The notes under the pieces are model-generated. The model had not been told where the DNA came from. It did no database searches and was given only the letters and a program-made list of their open reading frames with translations. Below are positions 57,366-64,000 of a DNA stretch of 64,000 nt, in pieces. The number at the start of each line of letters is the position of its first letter. The first letter of the stretch is position 1. The DNA lies in the NCBI GenBank assembly GCA_041675005.1, contig JBAYUQ010000011.1, positions 15,270 through 79,269 of the forward strand, written 5' to 3'. The position numbers and the translations under genes were made by a program. This DNA comes from Candidatus Kapaibacterium sp. Lineage in GTDB: Bacteria > Bacteroidota > Ignavibacteria > Kapaibacteriales > UBA2268.

Positions 57366-57400
57366 AAAGCCGAAATTATTAAAATAGTTTCGGCTTTTTT
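57366..57400. terminator. bidirectional rho-independent terminator between convergent genes
   Basis: AAAGCCGAAA ... TTTCGGCTTT stem, flanked by an A-rich run on the left and a T run on the right. Confidence 0.8.
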
Positions 57401-57426
57401 CTTGTCATTTATATATTATTAATAAG

Positions 57427-58836
57427 CTATTGCTTTATAAATTTATTTGTGATATTACCGTTCTTTGTTTGTGCAATTAAAATATATGTTCCAGTCATCA
57501 AAGTAGAACAATTCACTTCAAGATTATGATTTGAACCATTAACTGCTTGCTCTATTAACTTATTCCCTAATAAATCATATATAGTCAATGACTCTATTTG
57601 TATATCAGAGTTGGCTGATATCTGAAGAATATCATTTACTGGGTTTGGGTCTATTCTGATATTGACTAAGTTATCCGAATCCTCGACAGATGTGATTTCG
57701 ACGCTTTCTAATTTATATATCCAACCATCTTGACCGTAAGAATAAATTTCTTTATTGGCTCCTATAGAAATATTGCGTTTTGCATATCCATCACCAAATT
57801 CTATCACACTCAAATCAGATGAAATTATTTTTATTTCGGTGCCGACATCCAATAGATTATCTTTAATAAATGTATGGCTGTTCTTACCATATCCAAATGA
57901 CAACAGATACTTATCAGAATTAGGTATATTATGAATTTCTTGATCACCACCCGATTGTAAAGGATTAAACACAAATGTCCACGTCTCAGCATCGTCATTA
58001 GAAACATAATATCCTTTTTCGTGCATGGCAAGCACCCAAGTATCTTCGTCTAAATTATACATACCTTTTATAATTGAATTGGTTAAAACGCTATTATAAA
58101 ACACTTCATCAAAATAAGAAGCTGAAAAATCAAAACCCACCTTTACATTTCTATTTTCATCATAAAACTCAACTTTAGGAATATAGAATGCCTCATTATT
58201 CTTTTCTGAAAAAACCAATACTTCGTTCTCAACTGAGAATGAAAAATCAGTTATCCTATACTCTTCTGACTTTATAGATAACATTGCTTCTCTTATTACA
58301 TTATTATTACCAATCTGATAATCATAGATATTGGATTTAATTGTATCTTTCTCATTTACAGAATTACTGATATAAAAGCTTTCCAAGCCAAAGTGTTTGA
58401 GAGTCTGGAAAGAATTTGGAAAAAGAATAGTGCTAATTTCTTTAGTTGATACTTCTAAAATGATAATATTGCTTTTAGAAAAAATGTAAAATAAGTCTTG
58501 TTGTCGGTTATATAACATATATAAACTATTCCAATATATTTCATCTTCTAACATAACTTCAAGATTGCTTTTAAGCTGTGTATTTTCTTCGCCATTTATA
58601 ATCACACTCACTAAATATTCCTCATTATTAGTTTTACTAATAGCTATAATATTTAACTCATCTTTTACGGCCGATTTAGTCCTCATTTGAAATTCAGGAT
58701 TATCTACTATTAAGGTTTTCCGAACCCAAGCGTATTCCGAAGATATCATTACTGAGTTAATCAGAAAAAAAGCAAATACAATTTTAAATATAGTTTTCAT
58801 TTTAGCACTCTTATTTTCTCTATAAATCCTGAACAA
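57427..58836 (-). CDS. hypothetical secreted protein with a T9SS C-terminal sorting domain
   Basis: 469 aa. The likely start is the internal MKTIFKIVFAFFLINSVMISS. The CTD reads IRIDPNPVNDILQISAN...LTIYDLLGNKL......GTYILIAQTKNGNITNKFIKQ. Confidence 0.75.
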   Translation of the reverse strand: MFRIYRENKSAKMKTIFKIVFAFFLINSVMISSEYAWVRKTLIVDNPEFQMRTKSAVKDELNIIAISKTNNEEYLVSVIINGEENTQLKSNLEVMLEDEIYWNSLYMLYNRQQDLFYIFSKSNIIILEVSTKEISTILFPNSFQTLKHFGLESFYISNSVNEKDTIKSNIYDYQIGNNNVIREAMLSIKSEEYRITDFSFSVENEVLVFSEKNNEAFYIPKVEFYDENRNVKVGFDFSASYFDEVFYNSVLTNSIIKGMYNLDEDTWVLAMHEKGYYVSNDDAETWTFVFNPLQSGGDQEIHNIPNSDKYLLSFGYGKNSHTFIKDNLLDVGTEIKIISSDLSVIEFGDGYAKRNISIGANKEIYSYGQDGWIYKLESVEITSVEDSDNLVNIRIDPNPVNDILQISANSDIQIESLTIYDLLGNKLIEQAVNGSNHNLEVNCSTLMTGTYILIAQTKNGNITNKFIKQ

Positions 58837-59132
58837 TTTAATAACAGTTGAACTTTCAAATAATTACAAAAAAGGTTGTTTTTAATTTGGCTTCTTAATA
58901 CCCGCCCCACAATCCACCACTTTTTATCTAAAATCTTCGAGAATCGTTGTATTCATAATGATACAACCTAACGAAATAATTCCTTTTTGTAATCTATTTC
59001 AATATCACCCACTTTTACTCACAAATATTTAATTCCACAACTCTACTATTAGCAATGCATACAAAACTATTTTACAAATATTGATAAATATTTTTTTGTA
59101 ATTCAAATTATATTTGGTTAATTGCATGTACC

Positions 59133-59160
59133 AAAGTGGGTAAAAGTGGTAGAAAGTGTG
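59133..59160 (+). promoter_or_regulatory. candidate MraZ operator: three direct AAAGTG(G/T)(G/T) repeats with exact 10-bp phasing
   Basis: AAAGTGGG (59133), AAAGTGGT (59143) and AAAGTGTG (59153), ending 38 nt upstream of the mraZ ATG. Confidence 0.65.
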
Positions 59161-59197
59161 TCATTTTTCCTATTAGAGCAAAATACAGGTGTAAAAG

Positions 59198-59650
59198 ATG
59201 TCATTTTTTCAAGGTCAGGAGACGTATTCTATAGACTCGAAGGGTCGAGTGAATATTCCTGCCAAGATGCGAAAGATGCTATCTAACGAATCTAATGAGA
59301 CATTTGTAGTAACTCGTGGTACTGATAATTGCGTAGTCGCTTACCCAATGGATGAGTGGAAGAAATATCAAACACAACTGCAAGCACTGAACCAATACGA
59401 CGAAAAGAATAGATATTTCCTACGTGTATTGCTTATGTGGAGTGATGAAGTTAGTTTGGATTCGCAAAACAGAATCAGTTTACCCAAGCGATTAATAGAA
59501 TTCGCTGGGATAGACAAAAAAGTATTGATAATGGGGATGGTGGACAAAATAGAATTTTGGAATCCAGACACATTCGAAGAAAGTATAAATAACTTCGGCG
59601 AAAGCTACGAAGATGTTGCAAAATTTGTAATGACTAAAAAAGAAGATTAA
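59198..59650 (+). CDS. mraZ: transcriptional regulator MraZ
   Basis: 150 aa with duplicated SpoVT-AbrB/MraZ motifs (D.KGRV.IPAK.R and LDSQNRISLPK.L). Confidence 0.9.
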   Translation: MSFFQGQETYSIDSKGRVNIPAKMRKMLSNESNETFVVTRGTDNCVVAYPMDEWKKYQTQLQALNQYDEKNRYFLRVLLMWSDEVSLDSQNRISLPKRLIEFAGIDKKVLIMGMVDKIEFWNPDTFEESINNFGESYEDVAKFVMTKKED

Positions 59651-59655
59651 AGGTT

Positions 59656-60606
59656 ATGGCTAAAGAACGTGAATACGATTACCATGACCCGGTACTACTA
59701 AAAGAATGTTTACACTTTCTGATAGTAGATCCAAAAGGTTTGTACATAGACGGTACATTAGGCGGCGGAGGGCATACTGCGGCTATATTAGAGAAATTGG
59801 AGCCGGGGGGCAAACTAATTTCTTTTGATAAAGACCCAGATGCAATAGCGCATTGCCAAGAAAGATTTTCTACTCATATAGAAAATGGCATGTTACAACT
59901 AAGAAACGCAAGTTTCGATGAGGCATGCAGCATAAAGGAGAACGATGGAAAAGTATCTGGTCTTTTGCTTGACTTAGGTGTTTCTTCGCATCAGTTAGAC
60001 GGTAGCAGTCGGGGGATAAGCTACCGATTCGACTCCGAACTCGATATGAGATTCGGAACTGAAGGAGAAACTGCAAAAGAATTCTTGCACACTGCAAGTG
60101 AAGAAGAACTTGTCCAAGTTTTTGAGGAATATGGCGAAGAGCCATATTCAAAAAAGATAGCGCGACGAATCGTAGAGAATCGTCGTGCTTCTTCTCTTAG
60201 TACCACTACTGATTTGAAGGCATTGATAGCTGAGATAGTCCCAGAAAGATTCCTATTCAAATCATTATCTAGAGTTTTCCAAGCAATAAGAATACACGTA
60301 AATGCAGAACTAGATGTACTTAAGAATACATTGACTGAGATTATTCCTAAGTTAGATAGCGGGGGAAGAATTGTCGTCATGTCATATCACTCTCTAGAAG
60401 ATAGAATAGTGAAAGACATATTCAAGAAATACTCTGCTAAAAGAAGACCATCTGTTACTAGAGATGAGAAATACTATGGCAATTACGTAGCTATAGACCC
60501 TATACTAAAGACAATAACTAAAACTCCATTTGTACCAGGTAAGAAAGAGATAGAGCACAATAAGAGAGCTAGAAGTGCAAAGCTAAGAGTAGCAGAGAAA
60601 GTCTAA
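59656..60606 (+). CDS. rsmH: 16S rRNA (cytosine1402-N4)-methyltransferase RsmH
   Basis: 316 aa with HDPVLLKE, YIDGTLGGGGHT, LLDLGVSSHQLD, SYHSLEDRIVK, and a C-terminal ARSAKLRVAEK. Confidence 0.92.
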   Translation: MAKEREYDYHDPVLLKECLHFLIVDPKGLYIDGTLGGGGHTAAILEKLEPGGKLISFDKDPDAIAHCQERFSTHIENGMLQLRNASFDEACSIKENDGKVSGLLLDLGVSSHQLDGSSRGISYRFDSELDMRFGTEGETAKEFLHTASEEELVQVFEEYGEEPYSKKIARRIVENRRASSLSTTTDLKALIAEIVPERFLFKSLSRVFQAIRIHVNAELDVLKNTLTEIIPKLDSGGRIVVMSYHSLEDRIVKDIFKKYSAKRRPSVTRDEKYYGNYVAIDPILKTITKTPFVPGKKEIEHNKRARSAKLRVAEKV

Positions 60607-60618
60607 TCCAGATAGCTA

Positions 60619-63600
60619 TTACCAGCTACCACCAAACTTCAATTTACCTTCCCAATGGATCTGATTTTCATCAGTTTTCACAGTTTCAGGTGAGTTTACA
60701 TAAGTAAAGTTAAGCAAGATATTCAGCCAATCTTCCTCAGTCAAATTGAAAAAATCGTCTAATGGAATCTCTACTTCCAAGCGCGAACCACTAATATCAT
60801 TTACATTACCACCGAATGACCAACGAGCACCTCCTACAATATCTCCACCTATTTTCACACGAGCATCTTCAAAATTCTCATCAAAGTCAATTTGAGCACT
60901 AAGCCCTAGTTTACCTAGTTCTTGAGCAATTTGTTTAGTTATTATATCAGAAGCAATAGTACTTTGTAGATTTATATCTTGTCCACCACCGTTTCCATTT
61001 CCTGAATTAGGAGCTCTACCAGTTAATAATAGTCTGATAATATCTGATAATTTTTGCTCATCATCCCCAATACCAGTCTCTCCACCAATTTCATATTCGA
61101 ACCTTAGAGTTGGTTCTAATTTGGTTCCAGTAACAAATATTTCGATTTTGTATTTCTTATAATCTACAGTTGCACCTTCGTATTTTGCAATCAAATCTAA
61201 TGTAGGGTTCGAGATATTTCCAGTTGGGAAATTAATATCTCCTTCTATATCAAAAGTTTTGAAGAATGATAGTTTACTACCTTCTTTTAGTATTATTTGA
61301 CCATAGAGTTTAGCTTCTTTGCTATTTCTATTCTTCACGTACCGAATATTACGGAGATTAATAGGTGTACCTACTATGACACTCGTACTAAGGAACTGAT
61401 TAATTTGCATATCAATCAGAGTACGCCCTGTGAATTCGACATCCAAATCCATATTCAATAAATCAAACAGACTTTCAGTTACTTCTTGAGCTTTCTTAGT
61501 TTTAGTTACTTTTACGCTATCATCTCTACCATAAGTAGCAGTGATTACATTCCCAGTCCTTTTATATATAAACTTAGAGCGAACTAGTTGAATTTCTTCC
61601 TCATCAGGCATTTTCAAATCAGCCGACTCTAATGCTACATAACCATCTAGATTGGGTTTTTCGAAACTACCATAGAAATGTAAAGAGTCTTTCTCTGTTG
61701 ATATTATTAATCTTCCGAATAGATCACTCTTTGCCTTCTGAGTTTCATCATGCATTACAAGGAATCGTTTTGTTTTGAAACCTAAGTCAAGACCTGCGAT
61801 GTTCATTTCTTCTACTGTGACACTTCCCGTAACGTCTGCCTCACCTCCTCTCAGGTCATCAGGTAGATTATATAATTTCACATTATCTAGGTACACCATA
61901 TTTTCTTTTAGTATTAATCCACCTTTAGCTCTATAACCAACATTAGTTGCATCTACTAGAAATGAAGTATTGTCAAATCTAACTATACCGTTGAATTTCA
62001 AATCATCAGGTAAATACCCACTGACTAATAACTTTCCTTTTCCAATTCCTTTTAGGTAACTAATAGATGGTACAAATGGACTAATAATAGAAAGAGGAAG
62101 TGAATCAATAACGAACTCCATATCGGCTTCTTTTGTTGTAGATAATCTATTCTCAACTTCCATTAATGATAAATCAATCGGAAGTGAATTTATCTCGCCT
62201 CTTACTAACTGAGGCATATTCACTTTATCAGAATAGTGATTTATCACTAAACTACCTTTGATTTGCTTATCAGCATATTTCAAATCTACATCTACATCTC
62301 CCACCATTTGCTCATTTACACTTAAATCATTCGAATGTGCTATGAACTTCATTTTGGGATCTTCTACATCACCATTTAGCAATATATTCAGAGAATCGAC
62401 TTTACCATTCAACTGATCGAAAGCTTTTCTATTCTGTCTTGGTATAAATGATTTGATTGCTTGTAAATCGAGATTATTTAATTTAAGACTGAAATTATTA
62501 AATTGATTATTATCAGAATTGTACTCACCGCCAAGTGTGATTCTTTCTTTAGTATTTGGGTTGGTTAATTCCATCGAGTTGATAGTAAAACCACCATCAA
62601 CAAATTTGGCATCTATCGGCTCGCTAAGTGACAAGTGATATTCATCTTGATAAGACATATCCAGTCGAGAGAATCCTAGTTGAATACCACCAGGAATAAT
62701 CATTGTTTTTCCATCGAAGGCAATATCTAGCTGATTATTAAAATCCGTTTGTCCAGTAAATTTGAACTCTTTTCCATCGTATTCTAGTTGAACTGTAGGA
62801 AAGTTTAGTGTGTTATCATTAAATGTTAATTTCTCATTTGCTTTCGCTTTGAGTTTAAAATCAGAGAAAACTGCAGCAGAATCTTCTAAACTCATATATA
62901 GCCCACCTTCAGCAGAGAGTCCTCTGGAAGTCACAGTCAATGTACCCGAATTATAGTACAAATCCTCTATGTTCAAACTGTTGATATATAGCGAACTCTC
63001 ATCGTCTTTAGCGAATATGTGGAAGTTTAATTCCGTATTCATTCTTAAGTTAGTGCTATCCATAAATGCAGTAAGGAATGAGAAGTCAGACACATTTATC
63101 TTCAGATTAGCGTCTATTGGGTCAAAAGAACCAATCTTCTCTACTTCCATAAGTTCTAGCTTGTTAACTAGTTCTTGCTCGCTCGGTATTAGTTTATTTA
63201 CTTCATTTGCGATAAAATTATATAGCGAATATCCTTGATTTTGTAATGAAGATAAAGTATTCTCAAAATTATAATTCCCTTGAAGTACTATACTTCCGAA
63301 ATCTGAGTTAAACTCGACTTTCCTATCTTCATCGCTGAATTTATCAACTTTAAGAGAAAATCCAAATGGAAAGAAGGCTCTGTCTTCAAAGACAATATCT
63401 CTAATATCTGTATCAAACTCACCAGTTATATTATTGAGTTCTATGCCTTTCCCTTTTAATTTGGAGCTACCTGAAAGATAGGTCGGCATATTCTCGTCAC
63501 CTAATAATTGCTTCACATTGATAGCATTGAAATCCACATCCATATTATAAATAGAGTTCTCCTTATTCCTAATATCTAGCAAACCCTGTCCTTGTATATA

Positions 63601-64000
63601 ACTCTTTTCCAATTGCCCTACCATAGTAGAAGAACCGAATTCTGCATATAGAGTGTCTAATCTAACGATACTGAAATCTTCCGATTCCATGTCAATTTTC
63701 AATCTTGTCATTTTGTATTTATCAATGGAGTTGGCACCACCATCAAATCGGAGATTGATAATTGGGTTATTGCCTGTTATCCCTAATAGCTCAGTATGCA
63801 ATTCACCATTTATATTAGTAGCTATAGTATTCGGGTATAGTTTACTCGCATTGATAGCACTTACAGTACCATTATATTTAACATCAAGTTGATTGCTATT
63901 CTGTACTACTAAGTCTCCCTTCATATTGCCAACTCCAGAGTTCAAGTCCAAACCGAAATTTAGATTATTTGGCGTTCCAGTCATTCTCATAAGGTTAAAG
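60619..64000 (-). CDS. TamB-like translocation and assembly module protein (DUF490 C-terminus), 5'-partial at the window edge
   Basis: More than 1123 aa, with the reading frame still open upstream of the first Met at 63990 up to the window end. It is a long repetitive beta-rich sequence with a C-terminal ...LSAQIDFDE....ARVKIGGD......WSFGGN......RLEVEIPL......W.GKLKFGGSW typical of the TamB/DUF490 end. Confidence 0.7.
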   Translation of the reverse strand, partial: FNLMRMTGTPNNLNFGLDLNSGVGNMKGDLVVQNSNQLDVKYNGTVSAINASKLYPNTIATNINGELHTELLGITGNNPIINLRFDGGANSIDKYKMTRLKIDMESEDFSIVRLDTLYAEFGSSTMVGQLEKSYIQGQGLLDIRNKENSIYNMDVDFNAINVKQLLGDENMPTYLSGSSKLKGKGIELNNITGEFDTDIRDIVFEDRAFFPFGFSLKVDKFSDEDRKVEFNSDFGSIVLQGNYNFENTLSSLQNQGYSLYNFIANEVNKLIPSEQELVNKLELMEVEKIGSFDPIDANLKINVSDFSFLTAFMDSTNLRMNTELNFHIFAKDDESSLYINSLNIEDLYYNSGTLTVTSRGLSAEGGLYMSLEDSAAVFSDFKLKAKANEKLTFNDNTLNFPTVQLEYDGKEFKFTGQTDFNNQLDIAFDGKTMIIPGGIQLGFSRLDMSYQDEYHLSLSEPIDAKFVDGGFTINSMELTNPNTKERITLGGEYNSDNNQFNNFSLKLNNLDLQAIKSFIPRQNRKAFDQLNGKVDSLNILLNGDVEDPKMKFIAHSNDLSVNEQMVGDVDVDLKYADKQIKGSLVINHYSDKVNMPQLVRGEINSLPIDLSLMEVENRLSTTKEADMEFVIDSLPLSIISPFVPSISYLKGIGKGKLLVSGYLPDDLKFNGIVRFDNTSFLVDATNVGYRAKGGLILKENMVYLDNVKLYNLPDDLRGGEADVTGSVTVEEMNIAGLDLGFKTKRFLVMHDETQKAKSDLFGRLIISTEKDSLHFYGSFEKPNLDGYVALESADLKMPDEEEIQLVRSKFIYKRTGNVITATYGRDDSVKVTKTKKAQEVTESLFDLLNMDLDVEFTGRTLIDMQINQFLSTSVIVGTPINLRNIRYVKNRNSKEAKLYGQIILKEGSKLSFFKTFDIEGDINFPTGNISNPTLDLIAKYEGATVDYKKYKIEIFVTGTKLEPTLRFEYEIGGETGIGDDEQKLSDIIRLLLTGRAPNSGNGNGGGQDINLQSTIASDIITKQIAQELGKLGLSAQIDFDENFEDARVKIGGDIVGGARWSFGGNVNDISGSRLEVEIPLDDFFNLTEEDWLNILLNFTYVNSPETVKTDENQIHWEGKLKFGGSW

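Overview
This is an AT-rich chromosomal window. It is probably from an FCB-group bacterium (Bacteroidota/Ignavibacteriota-like), because at least seven predicted secreted proteins end in a T9SS-type C-terminal sorting domain; some genes have Shine-Dalgarno-like sites. Housekeeping genes: hutU, asnS, thrS-gmk (TAATG overlap), one tRNA with a CAU anticodon, mazG, a FabL-like enoyl-ACP reductase, mraZ-rsmH, and a TamB-like protein that runs off the right edge. Accessory content: (1) Two adjacent UmuD/LexA-type S24 peptidase paralogs with complementary defects. One keeps the Ser/Lys dyad but has a non-canonical cleavage site; the other keeps a canonical Ala-Gly site but has lost both catalytic residues. 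They are followed by a small membrane protein, and no Y-family polymerase is in the window. (2) Three tandem paralogs of signal peptide / TPR / single TM / class III adenylate cyclase, followed by a small membrane protein and a 1321-aa DUF11-type T9SS adhesin. (3) A ~16-kb block just downstream of the tRNA, bounded by a 31-bp direct repeat (30/31 identical). It holds a transposase-like HTH remnant, a 1482-aa T9SS protein, and a minus-strand operon (Kelch beta-propeller T9SS protein, double-OmpA-domain outer membrane protein, 1232-aa Ig-repeat T9SS protein, two very AT-rich small secreted paralogs). A 12-bp x 6 tandem repeat sits in its promoter region. (4) A dispersed family of modular GC-rich hairpin repeats fills most long intergenic regions, and two copies show compensatory stem changes. 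(5) Smaller items: phased MraZ-box arrays, an exported degenerate pyrophosphatase homolog, a lipoprotein/8-strand-barrel/lipoprotein mini-operon, and a decay patch with two convergent pseudogenes. I saw no CRISPR array, rRNA, intact mobile element, recombinase or recognisable defence gene. All product calls come from reading motifs by eye; no database search was run.
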